From Nitrosospira multiformis ATCC 25196 (lineage in GTDB: Bacteria > Pseudomonadota > Gammaproteobacteria > Burkholderiales > Nitrosomonadaceae): 32,000 nt of DNA. Where the stretch lies: NCBI RefSeq assembly GCF_000196355.1, contig NC_007614.1, positions 3,120,001-3,152,000 on the forward strand, in the 5' to 3' direction. Of this stretch, positions 17,701 to 27,539 are shown piece by piece. The notes under the pieces are model-generated. The model made no database searches and had not been told where the DNA came from. It worked only from the letters and a program-made list of their open reading frames with translations. The first letter of the stretch is position 1, and each line of letters begins with the position of its first letter. Made by a program: the position numbers and the translations under genes.

Positions 17701-18266
17701 GGGAGCCGCAGCTCCTCGCAGGCATCGTGTATGCGATACGCACGCAGGTAACCCGGAGGGGCAGAATGGGGGTGATCGTGCTGGATGACGGAAGCAATCA
17801 GGTGGAACTGGTTGCATACAGCGAACTGTTCGAGTCTGCCCGCGGCTGGTTGAAGGAAGATCAGCTTGTGATTGCGGAAGCAAGAGTCAGTCACAGGATG
17901 GGCGATGATGAATATGGAAACGGGCTGCGGATAACCGCTGATGTGCTGTATGATCTGGATGGCGCGCGCTCACGGTACGCCAGACGGGTGGAGGTACATT
18001 GCAACGGATCCTCCAGCGCCACCAGATTGAAAGAACTGCTTGCGCCCTACCGGCTCGATGGCGGCGGTGCCGGTCCAAAAAAAGGAGCTGCCGGTCATTC
18101 GAGCGGCGCCAATGCCGAGGTTTGTCCTGTGCGGATCGTCTACCGAAACCAGAATGCCGCCTGTGAGCTCGACCTGGGCGATGCATGGCGTATCCGCCTC
18201 CATGAGCCAGCACTGCAATCTCTGACCGCGCATTTCAAGATGGAAAATGTCAGAATCGTATACTGA
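14742..18266 (+). CDS. dnaE: DNA polymerase III subunit alpha
   Basis: Starts (V)[24 protein letters not shown] (PHP domain). Polymerase core includes [57 protein letters not shown]. The GTG at 14742 matches family starts better than the TTG at 14700 used by the ORF track. Confidence 0.96.
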   Translation: [1174 protein letters not shown]

Positions 18267-18418
18267 TGAGTCATGCCAGACTATTCCTGGAGAAGATTCG
18301 AATGGGAAGCGTTCTTGACCCCAGGGATGAGTAGTTCTACTATGCTCACGCACACCCTCAACTATCGTTCCCACCGCACGGACCAGGTTGTCCGGAGCGG
18401 CTGGTAAAAGGCAGAAAA

Positions 18419-19153
18419 TTGGAACCGAATACATCAACCGTCGCGGCTGGATTGAAAAAAGTAAGAGCCCATATCACCGAGATCGCAGGGAAGGCAGGCC
18501 GGCAAGCCGGGGAAATCACCCTTTTGGCCGCCAGCAAAACCAATCCCGCAGAGCGGTTACGGGAAGCGTTTGTTGCAGGACAAACCGTTTTCGGCGAAAA
18601 CTATTTGCAGGAAGCGCTGGTCAAAATCGACGCCCTTAAGGATTTACCGATCGAGTGGCATTTCATCGGGCCTATCCAGAGCAACAAGACCCGGCGCATC
18701 GCGGAAAACTTTGCGTGGGTACACAGTGTAGACCGCAAAAAAATTGCCGAGCGCCTGTCGAAGGACAGGCCCGAAGCGCTTCCACCGCTTCAGATATGCT
18801 TGCAGGTCAATGTAAGCGGCGAAGACAGCAAAAGCGGTGTCGCCCCGGAAGAAGTGGCCGATCTGGCAGCGCATGTTGCCGAATTGCCGCGATTAAGGTT
18901 GCGGGGAGTAATGGCAATCCCTGAGCTTACCAAATTCACCGCCTTGCAGCGCAGCCAGTTTCGAATGCTGAAGGAAGCCTACGACCAGCTCAAGCAGAGC
19001 GGGTATGATGTGGACACCATCTCGATGGGGATGTCGGAAGACCTCGAACTCGCCATTCAGGAAGGAGCAACGATGGTGCGGATCGGTACAGCCATTTTTG
19101 GACCGAGACGCTATCCTATCCCGGAGGAGCTTGTCCGGCAAGCACAGCCCTGA
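18419..19153 (+). CDS. YggS-family pyridoxal phosphate homeostasis protein
   Basis: ITLLAASKTNPAERLREAFVAGQTVFGENYLQEALVKI, WHFIGPIQSNKTRRIAENFAWVHSVDR, ISMGMSEDLELAIQEGATMVRIGTAIFGPR. Confidence 0.95.
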   Translation: MEPNTSTVAAGLKKVRAHITEIAGKAGRQAGEITLLAASKTNPAERLREAFVAGQTVFGENYLQEALVKIDALKDLPIEWHFIGPIQSNKTRRIAENFAWVHSVDRKKIAERLSKDRPEALPPLQICLQVNVSGEDSKSGVAPEEVADLAAHVAELPRLRLRGVMAIPELTKFTALQRSQFRMLKEAYDQLKQSGYDVDTISMGMSEDLELAIQEGATMVRIGTAIFGPRRYPIPEELVRQAQP

Positions 19154-19170
19154 ACAAGCCTTTCTCATTC

Positions 19171-19197
19171 GTCATTCCCGCGGAAGAGGGAATCCAG
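19171..19197. repeat. Short intergenic repeat-like element (GTCATTCCCGCGGAAGAGGGAATCCAG)
   Basis: Matches the common dispersed bacterial motif GTCATTCCCGCG..GGGAATCCAG, with inverted ATTCCC/GGGAAT arms. Only one copy was noticed in this window. Confidence 0.55.
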
Positions 19198-19363
19198 CAG
19201 TTTTGAAATAGCGATTTCCGTCACCGAAATAACCGGTTGCCGGCTATTTTTCCCGCCGGCCCACCTGCCGCACTCCGTCCATTCAACCCTTTGACAAATC
19301 CAGCGTGAAGAGAGAACGAAGGATAAGGGAGAACGGGTCCTCTTGCTTCCCGCTCGGCATCGG

Positions 19364-20124
<761 letters not shown>

Positions 20125-20664
20125 TTAATTTATCGTGGAGCTTAACAAGTGATAGCACACCTTTCCTGCATGTCCCCTGCGCCACACTGCCCATCCTTCA
20201 AACTCCGCGGGGCAATCGTCTTCCAGATAGACCATTCCTCCATCGGCAAGATGTGCGTGCAATTTGGGCAGTAGCCTGGGCAACAAATCGAGACGATAAG
20301 GTGGATCGAGAAATATCACATCGAAGCGGCGCCGATCGGAATCAATAAAATTCATGGCATCGATTCCCGCCAGTTCAATGCGCGTTGCCCCCAGTTTCTC
20401 GGCGGTGGCGCGAAGCGCTTTCAATACCGCAGGGCTGGATTCCACCATCACGACTTCCGCCGCTCCACGCGAAGCTGCTTCGAAACCCATTGCGCCGCTG
20501 CCTGCAAACAGATCGAGGCAGCGTTTGTGGCTCATATCCTGCCCTAGCCAATTGAAGACCGTCTCGCGCACCCGGTCAGGGGTGGGACGCAGGTCCATAT
20601 CGTTGGGAAAAGTCAGGATGCGGCTGCGCCACTCACCTCCTATGATTCGAACTCTATTTCTCAT
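20125..20664 (-). CDS. rsmD: 16S rRNA (guanine(966)-N(2))-methyltransferase RsmD
   Basis: RIIGGEWRSR, RPTPDRVRETVFNWLG, CLDLFAGSGAMGFEAASRGA, FDVIFLDPPYRLDLL. Confidence 0.95.
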   Translation of the reverse strand: MRNRVRIIGGEWRSRILTFPNDMDLRPTPDRVRETVFNWLGQDMSHKRCLDLFAGSGAMGFEAASRGAAEVVMVESSPAVLKALRATAEKLGATRIELAGIDAMNFIDSDRRRFDVIFLDPPYRLDLLPRLLPKLHAHLADGGMVYLEDDCPAEFEGWAVWRRGHAGKVCYHLLSSTIN

Positions 20665-20726
20665 CGTGCATGCGATGAAAAAAGAGAAAAACGTCTGTCA
20701 GGAGGAAGCGGCTTGCAAAAAGTTTT

Positions 20727-22037
20727 TTACTTTCCACTCGTGTCCGGAAGACCCACCACCACGGTTACCATGCCGGAGGGATTGATGCGTCGCTGGAAAG
20801 CCTGGGTTACCTGGGGGATGGTTACCTTCGATACCGCCTTTACGTAATCATTCAGATAGGTCAGGGGCAGATTGTAAAAACCGATCATGGCGAGGTATCC
20901 GAGTATCTTCTTGTTACTGTCGATACGCAGCGGGAAGCTGCCGATGATATTTTTTTTTGCTTCGATCAGTTCTTTTTCCGTTGGCCCTCCGGCAATAAAA
21001 TCAGCCAGGACTTTCCGGGTTATGGAAAGCGCCTCTTCAGACTGTTCTTTCTGGGTTTGCAATGCGATCTCGAAAGGGCCTTCTTCTTTCAGGGGGGTAA
21101 ACGAACTGTGAACACTGTAGGCCAGCCCATGTTTCTGGCGGATTTCCTCCATCAGGCGTGAGGTGAATCCGCCCCCGCCAAGGATGTGATTTCCCACAAT
21201 GAGAGGAAAATAATCGGGATCATCGCGTTTGATCCCGGGATAGGCGAGCTGGATATGACTCTGGGTAGCCGGATGGGCGATCCGCTGGGTGCCCTGGACG
21301 GGTGGCGTCACTGCCGGGATGCTTTGTCCTCGTTTTTCACGTGGCAGATCCTTGGTCAGGGATTCGGCAATCGCTGCGGCTTCGTCACGGCTTACATCTC
21401 CCATGATCGACACCACCGCATCTACCGCCGTATAGCGAAACCGGTGAAAATCGATCATATCCTGACGCCCCAGCTTGCTCACGCTCTCGATCTCACCCGA
21501 ACCTCTCAATCCATAAGGATGGGTACCGTAGAGCATTTTCATCAGCGATCGGTCGGCAATATTGCCGGGTTTGGTATCCGCTTCCTTGAGCCCTGCGATG
21601 ACACGCGCTTTTTCCCGCCCCAGGACGTATTCAGGAAAATCGGGGTGCTGGATGACCTTGCCGAACAATTCCAGTGCGCGGCCACGCTCGCGCGCGCTGC
21701 TCAATGTTCTGAGCGTAATCCCCGCCCGATCCTGATCGAAATGGGCGCCCAGCTGCGCGCCGACATCAGCGAATCCCTTGGTGAGCTGGTCTTCGGTCAA
21801 TCCTCCCGCTCCCAGATTCACGAGATGCAGGGCCATCGCCGCGCGGCCTGATTTATCGGGTGTGTCGGTGCTGCTACCCGCACTGAAATCCACACTCACA
21901 TCGAGAATGGGCAAGTCGCGGCTTTCGATGAAGTAAACGCGGGCACCCGAGTTTGCCTGCCAGTGCTGGATTGGCAGAGTGGCGTACGCCCATTGGGAAT
22001 AAAAGCCCAGGAAAAGGAAAAACAGGTGACGGAGCAT
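20727..22037 (-). CDS. M16-family peptidase homologue lacking the HxxEH zinc motif (probable non-catalytic partner)
   Basis: M16-type sequence (DVSVDFSAGSSTDTPDKSGRAAMALHLVNLGAGGLTEDQL...). The usual HxxEH position reads ALHLVNLG. Contains ILGGGGFTSRLMEEIRQKHGLAYSVHSSF. Adjacent to a canonical M16 peptidase. Confidence 0.92.
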   Translation of the reverse strand: MLRHLFFLFLGFYSQWAYATLPIQHWQANSGARVYFIESRDLPILDVSVDFSAGSSTDTPDKSGRAAMALHLVNLGAGGLTEDQLTKGFADVGAQLGAHFDQDRAGITLRTLSSARERGRALELFGKVIQHPDFPEYVLGREKARVIAGLKEADTKPGNIADRSLMKMLYGTHPYGLRGSGEIESVSKLGRQDMIDFHRFRYTAVDAVVSIMGDVSRDEAAAIAESLTKDLPREKRGQSIPAVTPPVQGTQRIAHPATQSHIQLAYPGIKRDDPDYFPLIVGNHILGGGGFTSRLMEEIRQKHGLAYSVHSSFTPLKEEGPFEIALQTQKEQSEEALSITRKVLADFIAGGPTEKELIEAKKNIIGSFPLRIDSNKKILGYLAMIGFYNLPLTYLNDYVKAVSKVTIPQVTQAFQRRINPSGMVTVVVGLPDTSGK

Positions 22038-22053
22038 CTCTCAACCTCGCCGC

Positions 22054-23451
22054 TTAATGCCGCAAACCCGCCGGTACTGCCGCGGGTGCTTTCTGTTCCA
22101 GGGGCTGCGGATCGAGTACTGCAATCGTCAGATTATCGTCCTTCAAGTATTTTTTTGCCACCTCGCGCACCTGTTCGGCGGTAACAGCCTGCAATTTACG
22201 CAATATGGTGTCCACATCGCGATAGGACAATCCTATACTTTCGAGCTGGCCGATCTGCATTGCCTGGAAAAACATGGAATCGAGCTGAAAAACGTGTCCC
22301 GCCACCACCTGTGCCTTGACGCGCGCAAGCTCCTCCTCTGTCACGCCGTCACGTACGAGCTTTTCGATCTCGGCACGCAACGCCGCTTCCACCTCACCCA
22401 CTGTTTTGCCTTCGCTCGGTGTGCCATCGAGATAAAACACCGCGGGACCTCGCGCGGTGGAATCATAGCTGGCTCCGGCCGTGCTGGCGATGCGCTGCTC
22501 ACGCACCAGGGCTTTATTGAGCCGCGCCGATTCATTCCCATCGAGCACGCCCGCCAGCATCTCGAGTGCATACGGCTCCCAGTCCGTTTCCGGCTTGCTC
22601 AGCGATATAGCATGATAAGCCATTGCAACGTAGGGCAATTGCGCGGGCGCTTTTACTGTCAGCCGCTTGACGCCGAGCTGCTTCGGCTCGATCTGTGGCT
22701 TGCGTTGGTCCAGGGACAGCACGGGCTTCGCCTTTATCTGTCCGTAGTATTTTCGCGCCAGATTGAAGGTCTGCCGGGGGTCTACATCCCCGACCACCAC
22801 AAGCACAGCATTGTTGGGCGCATACCAGCGTTCATACCATTGCCGGGCGTCCCCCACAGTCATGTTCTGCAGATCGTTCATCCAGCCTATCACCGGATGC
22901 CGGTAAGGGTGCGACTGATAGGAGGTCGCCATAAGTGTCTCATGGACCAGAGAGCGCGCCTGATCGTCCGTACGTAACCGCCGTTCTTCCATCACGACTT
23001 TGATTTCCTTGGAAAACTCCTCTTCTGTCAGCACCAGATTGCGCATCCTGTCCGATTCCAGTTCCATCGCCAGCGGCAGCCGGGACTTATGCAATTGCTG
23101 AAAATAGGCCGTATAATCCTGCGCCGTGAAAGCGTTTTCACGGCCCCCCGCCGCTGCGATGAGGCGGGAAAACTCGCCGCCCGGTACTTTCTTCGTGCCC
23201 TTGAACATCATGTGTTCAAGCACGTGGGCGACGCCAGTCCTGCCGTTTACCTCGTCGATGCTCCCGGCCTTGTACCAGATTTGCGAGATGACGACCGGGG
23301 AACGATGATCTTCCTTGACGATGAGCCGCAAGCCATTACCCAGAGTGAATTCATGCGTGCTGGCAAGAGCGGCGGAGGAGAACAGCGAGACGGGGATTAC
23401 GAGAGCCGCCCATAAGCAAGCCGGCAAAAAGCGAAAGCACGGATAAGTCAT
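22054..23451 (-). CDS. M16-family zinc peptidase with canonical HxxEH motif
   Basis: GRTGVAHVLEHMMFKGTKKVPGGEFSRLIAAAGGRENAFTAQDYTAYFQ has HVLEH and the downstream Glu region. Signal peptide present. Confidence 0.94.
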   Translation of the reverse strand: MTYPCFRFLPACLWAALVIPVSLFSSAALASTHEFTLGNGLRLIVKEDHRSPVVISQIWYKAGSIDEVNGRTGVAHVLEHMMFKGTKKVPGGEFSRLIAAAGGRENAFTAQDYTAYFQQLHKSRLPLAMELESDRMRNLVLTEEEFSKEIKVVMEERRLRTDDQARSLVHETLMATSYQSHPYRHPVIGWMNDLQNMTVGDARQWYERWYAPNNAVLVVVGDVDPRQTFNLARKYYGQIKAKPVLSLDQRKPQIEPKQLGVKRLTVKAPAQLPYVAMAYHAISLSKPETDWEPYALEMLAGVLDGNESARLNKALVREQRIASTAGASYDSTARGPAVFYLDGTPSEGKTVGEVEAALRAEIEKLVRDGVTEEELARVKAQVVAGHVFQLDSMFFQAMQIGQLESIGLSYRDVDTILRKLQAVTAEQVREVAKKYLKDDNLTIAVLDPQPLEQKAPAAVPAGLRH

Positions 23452-23554
23452 CTTCTTTTTTAATTAATACCTGAATCCGGATAAACAGAATAAAATCCAG
23501 AATAAGATTGCGTGAGGTTTACTTCGAGGTCTCAAATACTGACAGCCTACCAGA

Positions 23555-24541
23555 ATGGCAAGTTTCTTCAAATCCAAAAATGATTCCACGACGAGCGAAC
23601 CTCCGAATTCGAATTGGGGGGTGAGGGTTCGGCAAGGCCTGTCCCGCACGCGTAACAACCTTGGCAAGCGCCTTTCGGGTCTCTTCGGTGGCGGAGCAAT
23701 CGATGAAGATCTCTACGAGGAGATGGAAACCATATTGCTCACGGCGGATGCGGGTGTCAGTGCCACCACCTGGCTGCTGGAGGAGTTGCGCAGAAAAGTC
23801 AAACGTAACGGCTTGACCGATGCGTCGCAGCTCAAAGAGGCGTTGCAGGAGGCGCTGGTCGACCTGCTGGAACCGCTTGCGCAACCCCTCGATACCAGCG
23901 CCCACCACCCTTTCATCATCATGCTGACCGGGGTGAACGGTGCCGGAAAAACCACTTCCATTGGAAAACTTGCGCATTATTATCAACTGCAGGGCAAGTC
24001 CGTGCTGCTCGCCGCGGGCGATACCTTCCGTGCCGCAGCGCGCGAGCAGCTGATGGCGTGGGGGGAGCGCAACCGCGTCGCGGTGATCGCGCAGGAAAGC
24101 AGCGATCAACAAAGAGGTGATCCGGCGGCGGTCATATTCGATGCCGTCAACGCGGCGAAAGCGCGGGGCATCGATATCGTGCTGGCGGACACTGCCGGAA
24201 GGCTGGCCACGCAACTCCACCTCATGGAGGAAATAAAAAAGGTGAAGCGCGTTATTGCCAAAACCGAGCCCGGGGCGCCTCATGAAACGTTACTGGTTCT
24301 GGATGCGAATACCGGGCAGAATGCAGTCAATCAGGTACAGGCATTCGACGATGCCCTTGGCCTGACAGGTCTCATTGTCACCAAGCTGGATGGAACCGCA
24401 AAAGGAGGCGTGCTTGCCGCCATCGCCCGCCAACGCCAGCAAAAAGTCCCGTTGCCTGTCCGGTTTATCGGTGTAGGTGAGGGTCTGGACGATTTGAGGC
24501 CTTTCGTCGCACGCGAATTTGTCGGAGCGTTGTTTGATTGA
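23555..24541 (+). CDS. ftsY: Signal recognition particle receptor FtsY
   Basis: IIMLTGVNGAGKTTSIGKLAHYYQLQGKSVLLAAGDTFRAAAREQL, DIVLADTAGRLATQLHLMEEIKKVKRVI, TKLDGTAKGGVL, VGEGLDDLRPF. Confidence 0.97.
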   Translation: MASFFKSKNDSTTSEPPNSNWGVRVRQGLSRTRNNLGKRLSGLFGGGAIDEDLYEEMETILLTADAGVSATTWLLEELRRKVKRNGLTDASQLKEALQEALVDLLEPLAQPLDTSAHHPFIIMLTGVNGAGKTTSIGKLAHYYQLQGKSVLLAAGDTFRAAAREQLMAWGERNRVAVIAQESSDQQRGDPAAVIFDAVNAAKARGIDIVLADTAGRLATQLHLMEEIKKVKRVIAKTEPGAPHETLLVLDANTGQNAVNQVQAFDDALGLTGLIVTKLDGTAKGGVLAAIARQRQQKVPLPVRFIGVGEGLDDLRPFVAREFVGALFD

Positions 24542-24614
24542 GTTGATTGAGGGAAATATACGAAAAGGATGGAGTTGAGATGGAGTTGACCCGGCCAGCT
24601 CGCCGTACCAATAG

Positions 24615-25268
24615 ATGATCAGCTTCAGTGAGGTTTCCAAGCGCTACCCCAACGGTTTCGAGGCACTCCGGAATGTCAGTTTCACAGTAGAAACAGGCGA
24701 GATGGCCTTGATCAATGGCCATTCGGGAGCGGGGAAGACAACGCTGCTGCGGCTCATTGCCGCGATCGAGCGTTCCACCACCGGCAGCGTTATCGTCAAT
24801 GGCCAGGATGTAGGCAGACTCAATGATGCCGCTGTTCCTTTCCTGCGCCGCAACTTCGGACTGGTGTTTCAGGATCAGAAGTTGCTGTTCGACCGCAGCG
24901 TTTTTGAGAATGTTCTGCTTCCCCTGCAGATCAGCGGTTTCGAGTCGAAAGCGGCTGTCAGGCGGGTGCGCGCCGCGCTCGACAAGGTAGGGCTGCTGAA
25001 TAAGGAGAAAGCGCGTCCCATCACGCTTTCGGGGGGAGAACAACAGCGGCTGTGCATCGCGCGCGCCATTGTCAGCAGGCCTTCGATACTCATCGCCGAT
25101 GAGCCGACGAGCAATCTGGATATGGAGTATGCAAAGGATATCATGGCTATTTTCAAATCTTTTCATCAGGTAGGCGTTACCGTACTTATATCCACTCACG
25201 ATGTTGAATTGCTCGGTGGCACCCCGCAACGTATTCTCACTCTCAGTCACGGCGAGTTGACTGGATGA
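24615..25268 (+). CDS. ftsE: Cell division ATP-binding protein FtsE
   Basis: MISFSEVSKRYPNGFEALRNVSFTVETGEMALINGHSGAGKTTLLRLI, LSGGEQQRLCIARAIVSRPSILIADEPTSNLD. Followed directly by ftsX. Confidence 0.96.
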   Translation: MISFSEVSKRYPNGFEALRNVSFTVETGEMALINGHSGAGKTTLLRLIAAIERSTTGSVIVNGQDVGRLNDAAVPFLRRNFGLVFQDQKLLFDRSVFENVLLPLQISGFESKAAVRRVRAALDKVGLLNKEKARPITLSGGEQQRLCIARAIVSRPSILIADEPTSNLDMEYAKDIMAIFKSFHQVGVTVLISTHDVELLGGTPQRILTLSHGELTG

Positions 25269-26173
25269 ACATCTGGCTTTCGTATCACTGGCACGCTTTG
25301 GCGCTCGCCTTCAGGCGGCTGGCCTTGATCCCGTTCAGCACGCTGTTGACCTTGGGAGTGATCGGTATTGCCTTCAGTCTGCCAGCAGGAATTTATGTGT
25401 TTCTCGAGAATGTCGAGGCACTTTCGGGCCATTTTTCGAGCGGTCCTCAGTTGAGTCTTTTTTTAAAACTGAATGCGACCGAGAGTGACGTAGGAAAAAT
25501 TGAATCTTTTCTGAAAGAAAATCCGCACGTGGAGAGTTTCAAGTTCATTCCCAAGGCCAGCGCCCTTGAGCAGTTCAAGGAGAACCCGGGGCTGGCCGGA
25601 GTGATGGAGGGCCTCGAAGGAAACCCGCTGCCTGATGCGTTCGTTGTTACTGCCAAGGACGTCTCAACAGAGACACTCGAAACATTGAGCAGGGCCTTGT
25701 CGGAACTCCGGCAAGTCGAGCATGTGCAACTGGACTCTGCCTGGACGCAGCGTCTGGATGCGCTGCTCAAGCTGGGGCGGCTTGCGGCCTGGATGCTCAG
25801 CGTGCTGCTCAGCCTTCTCGTCGTTGCTGTGGTATTCAACACCATACGCCTCCAGATCCTGACCATGCGGGATGAAATAGAAGTGGCAAAGCTGATTGGC
25901 GCAACCAACGGCTTTATCTGTCGCCCTTTTTTATATTTCGGGGCAATACAGGGCCTGGTAGGCGGCATCGTCGCATGGCTCATCATCTCTCTGGGGATCC
26001 ACCTCACTGACGAGCCGGTAAAGCATCTGATGCAATTGTATGAAACGGATTTCCGCCTTTATCATCTTTCCATGGGAGATAGCCTGATCATGTTTCTGTT
26101 TTCGGCTGGCCTTGGCTGGCTCGGTGCCTGGTTGTCTGTCGTGAGTCATCTTCTGAAAATAGAATCCCGATAA
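25265..26173 (+). CDS. ftsX: Cell division protein FtsX (ABC permease-like)
   Basis: Starts 4 nt inside ftsE. SLFLKLNATESDVGKIESFLKENPHVESFKFIPKASALEQFKE, NTIRLQILTMRDEIEVAKLIGATNGFICRPFLYFG. Confidence 0.95.
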   Translation: MNIWLSYHWHALALAFRRLALIPFSTLLTLGVIGIAFSLPAGIYVFLENVEALSGHFSSGPQLSLFLKLNATESDVGKIESFLKENPHVESFKFIPKASALEQFKENPGLAGVMEGLEGNPLPDAFVVTAKDVSTETLETLSRALSELRQVEHVQLDSAWTQRLDALLKLGRLAAWMLSVLLSLLVVAVVFNTIRLQILTMRDEIEVAKLIGATNGFICRPFLYFGAIQGLVGGIVAWLIISLGIHLTDEPVKHLMQLYETDFRLYHLSMGDSLIMFLFSAGLGWLGAWLSVVSHLLKIESR

Positions 26174-26279
26174 TTCATAAGGTTAAGGTACTTTACAATG
26201 AATAGTGGAGGGAACTTTCAAAAATGTTGACGCTCTTAAAGGGAAACGGTTAACGTTCACAGGAAACCAAGGAGGATAA

Positions 26280-27125
26280 ATGACTTTCGCTTTAACCGTA
26301 CCTTCTGCCGGCAGCCTCGAAAACTACATTCAGTCCGTCAACCAGTTCCGCATCCTTACTCAGGAAGAGGAACTGCAACTGGCCCGGTCGCTGCGTGATG
26401 AGGGCAGCATAGATGCTGCGCGCCAGCTCGTGCTGTCGCACCTGCGCCTGGTCGTCGCCATCGCGCGGGGTTACAAAGGCTATGGCTTGCCTCAGGCTGA
26501 CCTGATACAGGAAGGAAATATCGGATTGATGAAAGCGGTCAAGCGCTTTGACCCCGAGCGCGGCGTCCGGCTGGTTTCATTTGCAGTACACTGGATCAAG
26601 GCTGAAATCCACGAATTCATACTGCGCAACTGGCGCCTGGTTAAAATTGCCACGACAAAGGCTCAGCGCAAGCTATTTTTCAATTTACGCAGCTTGAAAC
26701 AGGCTCTCGATACCATGAGCCAGAAGGAAGTTGCCGAGGTTGCAGAACAGCTGGGTGTAAAGCCCGAGGAAGTGGTGGAAATGGAAACCCGCTTCAGCGG
26801 CCGCGATATTTCACTCGAACCCCTGTCGGAAGACGACGATGAGGAAACCTTCAGCCCCATTGCTTACCTGACCGATGGTTCCGAACCCTCCCATGTGCTG
26901 GAGGACGAGCAAACCATGCGTCTGCGGGGTGAAGGACTGGAGCAGGCGCTCGAGAGCCTGGATGCTCGCAGCCGCCACATCATCGAGGCCCGCTGGCTGC
27001 GGGAAAAAGACACTGCGACGCTGCATGAGCTCGCCGATGAGTTGGGAGTATCCGCCGAGCGTGTCCGCCAGATCGAAGCCAAGGCCATGCAGAAGCTGCG
27101 TGCGGTCATGGCGCCTGCCGCCTGA
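26280..27125 (+). CDS. rpoH: RNA polymerase heat-shock sigma factor RpoH (sigma-32)
   Basis: LQEGNIGLMKAVKRFDPERGVRLVSFAVHWIKAEIHEFILRNWRLVKIATTKAQRKLFFNLR, including the RpoH box. C-terminal LHELADELGVSAERVRQIEAKAMQKLR. Downstream of ftsYEX. Confidence 0.96.
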   Translation: MTFALTVPSAGSLENYIQSVNQFRILTQEEELQLARSLRDEGSIDAARQLVLSHLRLVVAIARGYKGYGLPQADLIQEGNIGLMKAVKRFDPERGVRLVSFAVHWIKAEIHEFILRNWRLVKIATTKAQRKLFFNLRSLKQALDTMSQKEVAEVAEQLGVKPEEVVEMETRFSGRDISLEPLSEDDDEETFSPIAYLTDGSEPSHVLEDEQTMRLRGEGLEQALESLDARSRHIIEARWLREKDTATLHELADELGVSAERVRQIEAKAMQKLRAVMAPAA

Positions 27126-27186
27126 TACCCCGGCGGAGTCTCTGTTCTCGAATCCAGATTGCGCAGCCCTAGTCCCCAAGGGGAGC

Positions 27187-27438
27187 TCAGTTCTGGTTGT
27201 TGCTTTCCGCCCACTGCTCCGGCGTCATGGTTTTCATGGACAGTGCGTGAATCTCCTGTTTCATCCTGTCGCCGAGTGCCCGGTAAACCAGCTGGTGCTG
27301 CTGCACCATATTTTTCCCCCGGAATTCCGGGCTGACGATGAGGGCACTGAAATGGTAGCCGTCATCCCCTTCCACATGCACCAGTTCACAAGACATGGAT
27401 GTCTCGATATGTGTTTTTATGCTGTCCGCTGTAACCAT
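27187..27438 (-). CDS. BolA/IbaG family protein
   Basis: VEGDDGYHFSALIVSPEFRGKNMVQQHQLVYRALGDRMKQEIHALSMKTMTPEQW is typical of IbaG/BolA. Confidence 0.93.
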   Translation of the reverse strand: MVTADSIKTHIETSMSCELVHVEGDDGYHFSALIVSPEFRGKNMVQQHQLVYRALGDRMKQEIHALSMKTMTPEQWAESNNQN

Positions 27439-27539
27439 CTATAGTTTCCCTTACTTTCCTGTAGTTTCCCTTGCTGGCACTTGCCATAAAAAACGAGAAT
27501 GGGCATGAATGTATCCCGTTCCACCCCTAAAAACCATAG

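Noticed and set aside
22057-22977. 306-aa plus-strand ORF antisense to the M16 peptidase
   Set aside because: A shadow frame of a conserved peptidase gene with no independent support.
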